From the NCBI RefSeq assembly GCF_006345805.1, contig NC_043008.1, forward strand, positions 61,442,001 to 61,506,000: a stretch of 64,000 nt of DNA. Reading direction: 5' to 3'. The notes beneath the pieces were generated by a model. It did no database searches and had not been told where the DNA came from. It worked only from the letters and a program-made list of their open reading frames with translations. Shown one piece after another: positions 39,016-53,482 of the stretch. How positions within the stretch are numbered: position 1 is the stretch's first letter; each line of letters starts with the position of its first letter. A program made the position numbers and the translations under genes. The DNA is from Octopus sinensis. Lineage: Eukaryota.

Positions 39016-42000
39016 CATATATTTATTCTACAGTAGACCCGTGAATGACCCCAGCCTAAATTAACAAAGACATTCCCCTGGCTAGCCTCAGTGATACCAA
39101 ATTTGCCTCTAATCACCCCCTTTCCATTCCCTTTTCGTATTATAATTCTTTTCATTTACCAACTTCTGTATATTACTTCTCCACTCATGCTCTTTTTTTA
39201 ATCTATATGCTTTCCACGCATTTTCAAATCGAATCTTTGGAAGTCAACATGGGTTATCTTGACAACGATATTAACTTATTTTCATTAAGGTATCTTAGGC
39301 CCGACGAATAGGTAGCGGATTACCCCTCGTTTGGATAATTAGTTCATTCGATGTCTTGTTAGTTATGAAACATATATAGTCTGAATATTTATCTACTCTA
39401 TTCCTTCATTTTGGATTTCTGTTTGCATATACAGCAACCCCTGCAGCAAACTATGATGCTAACCACATTTTGTTCAGCTTGTCGAACTTCCATACGGGAT
39501 GAAATTACAACCGTTTATATCAATAAATCACTGTTGTTCCTTTTTACACATTGTACAGATGTTTACTACCTTCCTACACCTTGTTCCTTGGATCTTGCTT
39601 TTAAACACACACACTAAAATATTATCTTCCTGTTAGACAAGCAGTATTATATTAAATTGATCGTGGTATGTTTTTTCATTCCGTTGCCAGCTATTTGCAA
39701 CAACAATGAATGTTTATTTACAACTCTCCTATATCTTTCGTGCCATTCTTTGTTTTGGTATGCAATAGCCTGAAGTACACGCTACTGAAAGAATCCAGCG
39801 GGGAAAGAACCTCTCTAGTATTGTCATACACCGCTGGTAAGATGATGGTTGTCTCTATCTGAAATATTTTGATTCTTAAAATATGTTATTTTCATATGAG
39901 ATATCATTTCACGAACGCAAACACAAGGCATACACAACATAGTTACACATCTTATTATCCACTATTCTTGTATCTATCAATGGTGCCAGGTCTTGAACGG
40001 TTGAAAGAAATGTGGAAACTAATGTCGCTGTTAAAAAGTGTTGCATATTTTTCATTGGTGTTTAGTTACAGCAATCCTCTTTTTGGACTGATGTCACAAA
40101 TAAGAATGCTGTGTTTGCGTTGGAGTGATTTTCTTGTGTAGTTTTCGAAGGATGACATACGGCTATAATTGCGTTATTGAGGAATAAAAGTTTTATTCTT
40201 CTTTAAGGGCTATTGCATCATTACATACAGTTTTGAATGACTCTGTTTTCGCCAGATGTATTATTGAGGTTTGAACACACGTCAAGTGCTTCCTTTGTTA
40301 ACAGAGTAAATCAAAATGTTCCGAAATGCAATCTGCACTATCTACAAAATCAACTATTATCATCCTCTATCAAGCTTCTGAAACTCATCACTTTTGTATT
40401 CCTTCACAATTGCTAGATTTTCTTGTTCGAAAATGTACAGACACAGATCGTGTCGTATAGCCAGCTGGGAACGATGTCTCCTGGGGCTAAATTACAGCAA
40501 CATTCGTCCTAGACCGGGACTACTATGTTATGTTGGCAAACAATCTTTACTACAAATATAAGCTTGGGTAACATATTAAAAACAATTTATGTAGAGTTAC
40601 TATCCACAAAAATACCACAACATTTCAAAGAGGTTTAGCTCTTGATGCATAGTAAAGCATTGATACGTTAGCTGAAATGACGCAGTATAATGTTTGTATG
40701 TTACTGGTTTTATGTGGAAGGGAAATAAAAAATGCGTTGCGCTGAATGGGATATGGTCACGTCACATTGATGCACTAAAGTTATAATTTGAACATGTCTA
40801 CTGATTATGTTTTGGTGATTTATCGCATAAGGGGAACTAACCTATAATTAGAAGCACTCATGATTAGAAGCAGTCATAATTCTGTGTTTGTTTATGTTAT
40901 AGCCTTATTCATGTTGTACTGGATGCACGTGGTTAGTAGGATTTGACTTGAAGCCAGAACTTGGCCCCTTTCCTAGAAATGTATGCAAGATACCATTTTT
41001 TATTTGTAAGTTTATACAACGTTAAAATTTACCTTCAACTTTATGATTGAAAATTCGTGTCACATGCCATTTCTTATTGTCCTGAAATTCCGCCGGAGAA
41101 TAAATATTTTCATGTTATACAGCTATTGCTGCTGTATTTGTCATCAATCTTAAGAAAAGAATAATACCGATATATTTTTCTCAGATTTTTAATATTATCA
41201 GTATTGTTAATATTCTAATATAAATTATGCTACAATTCAGTTTCAATAAGTTACTTGTATGGCATTGTCTTTCCATTTGTTTTCATTGTATAGATTTTAA
41301 GTCACGAGACTCTGCATAATATCTATTAAGATTATCATGACCCAGGTAGTTTAATATTTCTGAAGATCACTATCAACAACAAATATTATGAAACCATCTC
41401 TCATTAGATTATCTCTATTGTCAAGTTGAACATTTCAAAATAAAGTTTAGAAATTATTCAATGATTCAACACAAGGGATATTCAATCCAAATCAAGATGA
41501 AACACAGCGTTTCTTGTTTATTTAAAGATATTTATTTTTTACTCTTTGAATCCCTATGGGTTGTGCATAATCCAAATATTTCCTATTAAACCAAGAAACC
41601 GCGTGTTTGCATTACAAGCTCAGAACTAATTGGAATTTGAAATCACACGACCTGAAAGAAAATAATGAAACTACCTTTTTTTTTATTCACATTTCAGGAA
41701 TGATGGATTGTCACAAATATTCTCTTTAGGAAGGTTAAGAAAACTTTCGAAATTTTGCCAATAAAAGAGAGATTCTTTAAGAAAGACGTTTGCTAGAATA
41801 CGACAAAATCGATACTATCAGCTTGTGTTCTATTCCTTAACAGATATTATTATGTTACCCTTCATTACTATTTCACACGCATCACAAACTCAATGATGCT
41901 AACTACTCCACAAAGCAATTTCCCATTCACCATTTTTTGTCTAAGGAATAGAGATTTATTCTAGCACATAAAATTATTTGAATCTCCATAGACGAACAGA

Positions 42001-43018
42001 TTTTTGTTTTTGTATTTCTGCTAATTGGATTAAAGGAGAAATTACAGTACTATGAATCAAGAATGCTTCTCTTATTTCTTATACTAATTTCAACGTACTA
42101 GTACACGCACACAGATACGAGTACAAACACACATACACACACGTACACAAACACAGGCATACACTCTCGCATTTGTATGTATATATATGCAGATGTTTTA
42201 CTCGAGTGTATGCATGTGTATGAATGTATATGTGCATATATATACATGCATTCAAACATGTGTGAGTGTTTATATATATATATATATATATATATATGCA
42301 TGCATGTATGTATGTATGTATGTATGTATGAGTGTATGTGTGTATGTATATCTATTTTATATATATATATCTATATCAATCTCTCTCTCTCTCTCTCTCT
42401 CAAGATATATATATATATATATATACATATATAAAGAGAGAGAGGGGCAGAAAGAGAGAGAGAAAGAGATGGAGAGTAAGATAGAGATGGAGAGTAAGAT
42501 AGGGATGGAGTGTAAGATAGAGATGGAGATGGCCGGATAGAAGGATATATACTTATCTGTGAGCAAAGTAATATTAAGCCAGAGAATACAGTGCAAAATT
42601 GAAGTCTATAATAATGTCCTGCAAATAGTGATTCCCACACACATAAGTGTCTTTGTATCCACATGTATTTGTGTGTGTTTCTGTGTGTGGATATGTGCGT
42701 ATAAATATATATGTATGCAAGCGTGTGTGTGTGTGTACAGATGTATTATTCAACTAACGAACATAGAAGGAAAAGTAGAAGTGGAACAAGCTTTAACATT
42801 TGTATCATTTCGGCGCTTCAAAGGAAGTGACAGTAATTTGACATTTCGGTTAGAAGCCCTACATAAAATAAAGATTGAAAATATAAAAGAAATAAGAGCA
42901 TTGTCTTTTGCTGGAAGCATTGAAGTGTCGACGAAGAGAAAGAAAAGGGAAAATAAAACAGCTTCTAACAATGCGGTAATTTTACAAAGACCTTTATAAT
43001 TCAGGCGAAATACCCCCC

Positions 43019-43164
43019 TCCTCAGAGCGATACATCTGTGAAAGGCCCATTTACATAGGTTTTCTTACCCTACTCAGACTCGTCAGCGTTATGCCAGCAT
43101 AACGAGTTTGAGTAGGGTAACAGAACCTTTATAACGGAACATTTCCCATGTTTCATTCTGAGGA
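43019..43164. repeat. Imperfect foldback hairpin
   Basis: ttaccctactcagactcgt pairs with acgagtttgagtagggtaa, and cgttatgc with gcataacg; outer arms are degenerate. Confidence 0.8.
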
Positions 43165-43297
43165 TGGAAGATGAGTATAGCACCGTTACAGATTTGATTA
43201 CCTGTTGGTATCTGTAGATTTACTGCAGAAACTTCGTAGTGGCGGTTGGGGTAACAGAATTAAGAAAGTAGATGGAATATGTAATAGACTTTATTGG

Positions 43298-43339
43298 GTA
43301 CAACACATGTTTCGACCCGTTCTGGGTCACTTCAGGTAC
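43298..43339 (-). ncRNA. Minimal type I hammerhead motif (A9 altered)
   Basis: GTAC-CTGAAGT-GACCC agaac GGGTC-GAAA-CATGTG-TT-GTAC, followed by ccAATAAA. Confidence 0.6.
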
Positions 43340-43612
43340 ATCAATGAAGAGTCTCACTAGAAATTTTTTTGAATGGGCTTACGCACCACTATATGTTCAT
43401 CAAATTTGAGAATGAGTAAAATCAGGGAAAAATTATTGAAACGCAAAAAATTCAAATATGAACGTGGAAAGTACACATTCTAGTTTAGAGAAAATGGCGC
43501 AACGAGCTTTCGCTGTTGTAACTGTTAAAAGGAAGTACAAGTTAAATGGAAGATTATACATAGACGAAATATTTTTGTGTTTGAGCTTAGACGTATATAC
43601 ACACACACACAC

Positions 43613-43672
<60 letters not shown>

Positions 43673-43737
43673 GATAGATAGATAGATATAGATATATATA
43701 GATAGATAGATAGGTAGATATATATGTATATTTCTAT

Positions 43738-43862
43738 GTGGCCTGCTCGCTTAGCCAGCAGGGTGGCGTCATTTAAAGGCTAAGACAATGCAAAGCGCAT
43801 TGTGACCAGCGATGTGTAGCAACATCTGATAGCCTAGTCGGTCACGGTGATCCCGGTGATAT
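43738..43862 (+). mobile_element. Isolated 3' tail shared with SINE family B type 1
   Basis: tggcctgctcgcttagcca...tgtgaccagcgatgtgtag...cacggtgat matches about 20626-20749. Confidence 0.8.
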
Positions 43863-43877
43863 TTGTATGTACGTAAG

Positions 43878-44630
43878 TCGTCAACTAAACTTGATTAAGT
43901 GTGTGAATAACACCTACATTGCTAGAAATAGGAGCTAAAATGCTCCCATGTTGTTACAAAGCGCATAACAGATACTCTCGTAGGGGATACAATCACCTCA
44001 AACACCCATCAATCTGATAATTCCTTAGACTGGCCGTACAGTTTCAGCTATTTCCATAGCCATTTTCAGTAAGGCCAATGAGTTCGGTTGATTCTGGGCT
44101 ATAAGAAATTATCGGTTCGGTGTCGGGGTGATTGCAGCCCATGACAGATTATATGTTATATCCTTTGTAACAGCATGAGAGCATCTTAGCTTATATTTCT
44201 AGCAATGTAAGTATTGGTCAAATTTAGTTGACGACTATAATTTTCCTTTCCGGTATAACGTTGCAAATAACTGTGTATTATTTTTGTACACATATAAGCA
44301 ATAGGCTGACTCATGCATACATTTTTATGATTAATATATATACTCTGATAGGCGAGCTATCTGGCCTTAGTGAAGATAGCTACGCAAATAGCAACACTGG
44401 CCGGTCAGTCTAAGGAATTCTCTGTTCGGTTTTCAGGGTGATTGCAGCCCCTATCAGAGTATAGTTACGTGAGTTACGTGCTTTGTAACAGCGTTGTGGC
44501 ATTTAAACCCCTACTTCTAGTAATGCAGGTTTTATTGAGACTCCTACACAAATCTAGTTGACGGCTATCACTTTTCTTTACATAGTTACGTTCCATACAG
44601 TTGTTTTAATTATTTTTTTACACATATAGA
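43878..44630. repeat. Three diverged copies of a unit of about 200 bp (one inverted, two tandem)
   Basis: gggtgattgcagccc...ctttgtaacagc...ttctag..aatg...tagttgacg occurs at about 44100 and 44410, and as the reverse complement at about 43878-44036. Confidence 0.7.
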
Positions 44631-44653
44631 TGATCTACTAAGTCATACATATA

Positions 44654-44693
<40 letters not shown>

Positions 44694-44714
44694 GATATAT
44701 ATTATATATATATA

Positions 44715-44746
<32 letters not shown>

Positions 44747-44756
44747 GTACAGATAT

Positions 44757-44790
<34 letters not shown>

Positions 44791-46243
44791 ATATATATAT
44801 ATATATAGATAGATAGTTACAGTCATACCTATACCTCATTTTTAACAGGTGAATCATATTTTGTATGTGTATATATACACAAAAAATAAGTCTAATAGAG
44901 GTGACATTTTATGGTTTAATCCGGTGTTCGGATTGCACGAAGCATTTACAATTTCTAGGAAGATTTTTCTTTGCATTAGATAGACATTTTCCTAATTCTA
45001 ATAAATAATATGGAATTTTTACAGGCTTATTGTGAAACTGAGCTGTTAAACGTCGAGTAACCTAGGATACCATATTCAAAAAGGTAATAGACAGCTGAAA
45101 CTTGCAATCCCACACTTTCATTATATTGACTGGCAGGTTTACATTTCAGTTGTTTGCATAAATTATATAGGCCTTTAATAACTTGTATATTTGTATAGTT
45201 GTTTACGTAAAATGAAAGGGACTATAGAATCGATCTACTTTCCATTACGTAATGATATACAAATGTACCTGCTAAACCTATTCATAAAATTTAATATGAC
45301 TTGGATTTCAATAACGTCATAATTAAGCGTAAACGGTTATATTACGATGTGTAGAAAGAGGCAGGTCTAAACGAAAAACCCAAGAAGATTACACTAGATT
45401 TATTTTTGTCAGATGGATGTTCTGAACTCTGAATGAAAAGATGTAAACAGAGAAAATTTGACAAGATTGCGTAATTGGAAAATAATTTGTGGAAATGCAC
45501 GTACATATTGTCATTCACGGGAGTAGGAATGAGGATATGTTTGAATAGGTATAGATGCGTATGTATGTATGGATGAATGGGTGTATGTATGCAGATTACT
45601 GCAAGATTAAAGAATATATATTTATAGATACCAACGCGTTCGAGTAAATATACTTGTTTTGACTTCACGCTATGAGGGGAGACATGTTCTCAATGGTATG
45701 TGTGTGTGTGTGTGAGTATGTAGGGTTTTCTGTATCTATGTATATCTGTATGACTCTGTGTATGTGTACAAACATGTGTGTATGTATCTCTATGTATTTA
45801 TATGTAAATATATTTATGCATATATCATGCAAATGAATATGTTTGTATATAGAAAGAGGACGGCGTGCACATTTTTCGTGTTTTGATAGTATCTCTTAAC
45901 GACAAGTAAAGCAACTATGATGCGACCTGAGGATAGGCAAAATTAAGTTTATTCAACAATAAATTTTAGTGTAATGGTCGACAGCTTGATATCCTTCTGT
46001 TTTAAGAAGTTAGCAACGCACGCAAATTATTTCCTTTCAATTAGAACGCTTAAAGACACAAAACATAAAGAATTCTTCCATGCAATATATTCATGACACT
46101 ATCATTTTAGGGTGCTCAACTACCTTCATGAAGTCCAAATACGTGTACATTAAAGGATGGACTGAATTAGTAGTTTGAATAGTTTATATTTCATACTTTG
46201 GATTTTATATCGCGATTATTTTATTTGGTTTAAATTATTTATC

Positions 46244-46984
46244 TTATTGTTATGATTTGAGACGGTATTTTTTGTTGCTAAATAAATACACGCAATATAT
46301 ATTTGTTTTACTCTCGTTTATTACTTACTATTCGTGTTTTATCTTATGTCCATTGTCCGGAAAGCTTTTGTTACACATCTGTAAATTCTTCAGCGATACT
46401 TTCTGTCCACGTATATCCTCTTGCTTCACAGAGTAACACGGAAATATAAAAAGTTGCAAATACTAAAAAAGACCAAACATAAATTATTGGAAGTGAAAGT
46501 GAAAAAATGTAAAGACACAATTAGATGGAAAGGGTCGCTAAAGGGGTCACAAATGAGTGACGAAAGATTTCCGGACAATGGACATAAGACAGACTAAGAA
46601 TACTATTGGGTTGGTGCATAATCATTGCGGCTTTTTCAACAAAATGTATTTAACAAAAACAATAACAATATTTCACAAAAATATCTTTAAATGACTGTCT
46701 GACCATCTGCCAAGTAAATGTTGAAAAAAAAGCCGCAATAATTTTGCACCAACCCAATAATAAACGAGTAAAGTACAAATATATAGGGCATGTGTATATT
46801 TGACAAAAAAAAGTTACCATCCTCAAAATAACAATATCTGTTTCAACACACGGTTTCAGATCAGGAATATTGCCACACAAATTCAAAAATGTATTTATGT
46901 CACATTTGACACTTTCGATTTTCACTTCCACTAATTTATTCTTGGTCATTTTTAGAATCTCTTTATATGTCCGTGTTACTCTGT
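46244..46984. mobile_element. Family X pseudo-LTR-like element with inverted copies and two decayed HHRs
   Basis: Block order A(-) B(+) A(+) B(-). HHR remnants at 46355-46399 (-) and 46533-46576 (+). Tail shared with about 24995-25060. Confidence 0.6.
46606..46757. mobile_element. Mariner-derived MITE (MADE1-like), 152 bp, TA target duplication
   Basis: TIRs ttgggttggtgcataatcattgcggctttttcaaca and tgttgaaaaaaaagccgcaataattttgcaccaacccaa, flanked by TA on both sides. Confidence 0.9.
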
Positions 46985-47229
46985 ATCAATGTGAACCTAG
47001 AAACAAGATATCAGTATAAAACAATGAGAAACTGTATGCAATCCAGCAATACTCTCGAATCCACTTACTGGATGACACACTTGAACATGAACACATTTTT
47101 GAGGGATCATATTAATGCAAGAATGTGTATAACATGTAAAACACTCAACGATTACCAGCTGACAGAGGTGCACAGAAATAATTGTAGTGATGGCCATTAA
47201 AATCAGTTTATTCCTTCCCGTAGTGTAAC

Positions 47230-47336
<107 letters not shown>

Positions 47337-47842
47337 AGCAATAGCAAGCGCTTATGGTATATATTTCTGTCAGAGCTTCAGAATAAAATAAACAAACAGA
47401 AGAAATATAATAAATCCGGAATGTGCAATTTTCAAAGATCTAAGAATATTCCCGAAGACGTTAATCGTCAAATTGACAATGCTTCTATTGCGCTGAAGGC
47501 TAGCATTTATATCTGGTCAAGAAGAAAGTATGGCCACCATAAATTTCGTAGTAGTAAAATAAATGTAATTTAGGGCTACGAAGACGTATTTTACATATGC
47601 ATATGTATGTACACACACGCACATAGATACGCATATTTATATAGATGTGTGTATTTTTCCCTTGTTAACAATTAGCACGGAAAAAGTAGATAAATAGTTA
47701 CCGGTGTAGCAAAAAATTCCACAAGTAAAGAGGTTGTAACTCCTTGATTTTAAAGGTAGAAACTTCGGTTAAAGTGGAATTCTTTGTATAATATATGAAT
47801 AAATAAATGGAGTTTAACGAATGTATAATTCAAATGCTTTTC

Positions 47843-47925
47843 CTTCCGACACATGTTTCGAAGATATCACTGATATTATTCCAAAGGAATAAATGATGTA
47901 AAACAATGTAATCTCTTCAAGGAAG
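47843..47925 (-). ncRNA. Type I hammerhead-like motif with long stem II
   Basis: CTTCC-TTGAAGA-GAT...ATCTTC-GAAA-CATGTG-TC-GGAAG; a partial inverted copy lies at 48146-48176. Confidence 0.55.
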
Positions 47926-48176
47926 ATCATGGAAGTAATCTCTATCATTATATATAATTTAAACATTAATTTTCTTTTTATATTTAACATTCACTAAAAC
48001 TATCCGCCCTCTTTCTATAGGCTACTTCTGATGTTATATCATATAACGTTTTATCAAACAATATAAACAGCATTCAGTAAATCGCTATATATATATTATC
48101 CATCATTTTCTGTTAAAAGTCTTTTTGACGAGTTTCATTTCTTCACTTCCCCGAAGAGAAGATTACATTGTTTACA

Positions 48177-48280
<104 letters not shown>

Positions 48281-48346
48281 GTGTGTGTGTATATGCATAT
48301 ATATATATATGGCCGCAGCTCTGAGCTGAAACTAGATAAAAAATAT

Positions 48347-48389
<43 letters not shown>

Positions 48390-48415
48390 ATATATATATA
48401 TGTATGTATATATAT

Positions 48416-48527
<112 letters not shown>

Positions 48528-48661
48528 CATGTACTCACAAATAGGAAAAGCACCTTCAATTGTGCTTATTGCAGAGAAAACATAGTGAACGCATGAAACC
48601 TAATACATTTTTTAAATCGATGTTTTAATAAGGCCTGATTTCTACGTAGGTAAATATTCAG

Positions 48662-49155
48662 TATGAGCAGGGTCTGGAAGAGTAGAGACATCAGACTCGC
48701 TACCAAATGCAGATTGTTGAATGCAATTGTCTTCCCAATAGCAACATATGGATGCGAGACCTGGACACTAAAGAAAGCTGATCAGAAGAGAATTAATGCA
48801 TTCGAGTTTGGTGTTGGAGACGACTTTTACGGATTCCATGGACAGCGAGGCTCACCAATGGAGAAGTTCTTAAGCAGATCAGGCCGAAAATGTCGCTAGA
48901 AGCTAGGATCACCAAGCATAGATTGGCATATCTCGGTCATCTTATGCGGAGAAAACCCTGGAGAAGAACATCATGCTCGGAATGGTCAGTGGCAAGAGAG
49001 GAAGAGGCCGACCAAAACCCACTGGCTTGATACCATCAAGATGGATACCGGAATGGGCATAGACAATCTGAAAGAAGCGGCCCAAGATAGAACTGACTGG
49101 AGGACACTGATCCAACGAATAACCGAGAGTCGACTTCGACTGAGCGGATAGATAG
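48662..49155 (+). mobile_element. 5'-truncated RTE/BovB-like LINE with 10-bp TSD
   Basis: VWKSRDIRLATKCRLLNAIVFPIATYGCETWTLKK..., GKRGRGRPKTHWLD, DRTDWR; short (GATA)n tail; aaatattcag at both 48652-48661 and 49156-49165. Confidence 0.92.
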
Positions 49156-51368
49156 AAATATTCAGCGTGTTAATATATTTCTGAAATCTGTGATAGTAAG
49201 AAAGTAATTTTTTTAAACCTGGAACTCAATTACTGAGAAATACTGAGAAAACATACGCAAGTAGCGAATAACTTGCAATGCTTGCAGCAGCGGCCTCTTG
49301 AATAACAAAGTCTATTCATATGGACGTAGATGATGGTGAAATAACAAATGTCTGCTATCGAGTGATGCATTATGTGAAAGAACGGCATAATTCGACACAA
49401 CGTTTTTATGCAATGCATTGAAAAACCTAAAAGAAGCTCTATGCTTATGATTATTTAATTCGTATTTTCTGGTATTCATACGATAGTACTTTAGTTACTC
49501 GTACAATAGAGGGCGAAATATTGACTAGAATGAATTTGGGATATAATATACACGTTGCCGATATTTCAGCAACAAATGCGAGAAAAATGTTCTTATAGAC
49601 ACATTCGTTGTATGCTTCTCCAAGTATTACCGGCCACTTTTGGGGAAATAATTTCAGTACTACTACTTATGTTGAACGTATACAATTCCTAACGTGCCAT
49701 ACAGTTTTAGCCGTCTATTCGTAAGAAAATGTGTCTGATTAAGGTAAACGATTTTATTGAAATGTTGGTGCATACACAAATTAACTGTCATTACATGAGC
49801 TCTGAGATAAGTAGCAGATCAAATTAAAGTTGTAAAGTGATTTTCGTCAGAATACAATCGTAACGTATCTTGTAGAATTCTTTGAAAAGTAGTATTGGCT
49901 TTTATCATATATATTTGAGAGATCTAAAAAATATTAACATGCCTCGTAAACGAGAAAAGACAATTTTTCTTTGCTTTGAAGTTTGAAACGAAACGTCTAT
50001 AAAAAACAGAGTGAAACCATAGAAAGCCTTCAGTATAAATTTGACATGTTTTGTGGGTATCGATATTTTTTTTTTGTGGAAATAACTTAAGTTTAATTCC
50101 ATTAAGCAAAGACTATTTGAAATGCTGCTGAGTATGAGAAAATAGTTCAGCAAATATTTCCTAATAGGCGTTATTTGCAGATTTCACATGTGATTCGACT
50201 TAAATGTTCAAAACGAATCTAGTGAAGATTTGGGTGCGTAAGGTGGGGAAGTGAATGTAAGAATTCAACTTCTAATGTAGTCTGAATTTGCAATGACAGC
50301 TTTTTAACCATTTTTCTTCAAATATTTCCGTAAATCTCCACCAGACAATAACACTACGATAAATATTCAAATAGATTTGAATTAGTCACTCAACAAATGA
50401 AAAATTATAAAATTAATTATGCTATCATAAATTATTAATTAAAACTTCAATTTACTCGAATACATGAATGAGATATCGAGATAATTGCAACATATCTTTA
50501 ACTTTTAAAATGTTTTCTTTTACAAATGTCTGCACTTGTGCACATTCACGAGGCTCAATAACATGAATATCTGGAATTGTATTAGCTGCAATTAGAAAAT
50601 ACTCATGTTATTCATCATTCCAGAATTTACTGTCGCAGTATTTCAAAAACAATACGTTTTAGAAAAAGATACATCAAACTACAAGTCATACACTAAGGCA
50701 TTTTTGCATCGAAGCTGCTTCAAACTTAGTTGTATATGTATCTAAATGTTTGCGGTTACATGCTTAAGCAGTAGTAAAAATGTATGTATAGGATATTCTA
50801 CAAATATTGTAGAGTAGGGTGATAATGGGAATGTAAACGTTGTTATTATATGGTTAGATATCTGATATCTGTTCCTTTTCAGTATTTCCATAATACCTAT
50901 GAACGTGATTTCAGTTTCGTGCAGAAGTACACCAACATCTACATAAACTTGACATATACACATGCATAATCTATCCTGTGTTCTTTTACTGTAACATTTT
51001 ATAAGAACTTGCATAATGTATGTTATTTTATAGTCCATAAACAGAAATCGAATGATAAAACATATGCATATGCAGACTAAGAAACTGAGGCATAAAAGTG
51101 CAAATACTAAAATAACAACGAAATATGCACAACTGTGAAATAAATATATACATTTATTTAAACACTCAAAAATCACCACATATAGGCTCCACTGTAACAA
51201 AATGAAAAAAATACACAGAGACAAGCCCACAAACGCGGAAGCACACACAAGACAGCATCAAGTTTCTAAATGTCTCTCACACCTCACTTACCCTATTTTC
51301 TTTCTCACACACGGTCTCTCTCCCTCTCCTCTTAATATATATATATATATATATATAATATATATATA

Positions 51369-51736
51369 TTTATTATATAGAAGGAGCTTCTACAGGACTA
51401 GTACCTGTTTCATTCATTCAGAGAAATCTTCAGGAAGCTATTTCAAGAATTGTATTAGCATTTATACATTTAGGCAGTTTAAAGGAGTGGTGGTGGGGGA
51501 CTTTTTTGGGGGTAGGCATAGCGCAAAATATCATACTTGGGGGAGTGGTCAAGGAGTCAGTGGTAAGTTAGATGAAATAGAATACATAAAAAATAAAAAA
51601 TAAAAATAATAAATAAAAAAATGTGTGCACATACATACATAAACACATATACATACACACACACATACGTACACATATGTGCGCCTATACATACCTACAC
51701 ATACACACATACACATACATATATATATACATATAT

Positions 51737-51782
<46 letters not shown>

Positions 51783-52144
51783 ATACTATATATATATATA
51801 TATACACAATCCAATACAGGCCCATTCCCTAATTTTAATTTTATTATCTTCATTTATTACTTTTGTTATCTTTGATCGCTAGAGCAAGGATCCTGGCGAT
51901 GGCAGCATGTCCAAATTGTCTGTCTACTAGAAGGCAAGTACTCGTTCCCGCACGCACACTCATTAGCACGTACATACACCCATTCGTACACTCATACACA
52001 TACACGTACGCACGCGTTATATTCATACATACAAACATCTACATACGTTCACGTATATACACATACGTACTCGTACCTACAGATTCATGTCTACACTTTA
52101 GGAGGCTAGTCTATATATATACACCAATAAATATACATATATTA

Positions 52145-52176
<32 letters not shown>

Positions 52177-52291
52177 CACATATACACATACACACACACA
52201 CACACATATATATACACCTACATACAGATACATATCTATATATATATATATATATACCCACACATACATGTACACATATATATATATATAT

Positions 52292-52354
<63 letters not shown>

Positions 52355-53143
52355 CATACATACACACACACCCATATATATACACACACATATACATCAC
52401 ATATATATACATACACAAATATAACACCCATATATATATATATATATACATATATTCACACATACATACACACACCTACATACATATACAACACAACACA
52501 TACATACGTAAACATACATACATACATCCATACATCCATACTTACATGACTTATACGCATACACACACCCCCATCTATAATATATAATATATATATATAT
52601 ATATATATACACTCACACATACATATACAAATATACGCCCACACACATACATCTACACTATAACGCATACATGCACATACACATGTACATGCGTACCCAT
52701 ACACGTGCCCACACGCACATCATCCATTTATATGTACACACACACCATATACACCGTGTGCAAGCATACATACATACTCATACACGCACACATACTTACA
52801 TATACATATATGCACACACTTACACACATATATACATACACATATACATGCATACATACATATATGCATACATACACATACACGCACTACACATATACAC
52901 ATGCGTACCCATACACGTGCACGCACGCACGCGCATCCATATATATACACACGCACGCATATATATACACGTGTGCAAGCATACATACATACTCATACAC
53001 GCGCACATACTTACATATACATATATGCACACACTTCCACACATATTACATACACATATACATGCATACATACATATATGCATACATACACACAACCGCG
53101 CACTCATATATACATATATATATACACACATACACATATATAC

Positions 53144-53230
<87 letters not shown>

Positions 53231-53482
53231 TCCTTGACCACTCCCCAATATGATATTTTGCGCTATGCCTACCCCCAAAAAAGTCCCCCACCACCACTCC
53301 TTTAAACCTGCCTAAATGTATAAATGCTAATACAATTCTTGTTAAATAGCTTCCTGAAGATTTCTCTTGAATGAACAGTACTAGTCCTGTAGAAGCTCCT
53401 TCTATATAATAAATTAATTTTACTCTGCTATGTATTGAGTACCTTACTTACTGTGGTTAACCCGGATCAACCCGGGACCTAC

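Noticed and set aside
51863-53305. ORFs up to 228 aa rich in Y/I/H/T (and similar ones throughout the window)
   Set aside because: Translations of (TA)n/(CA)n tracts.
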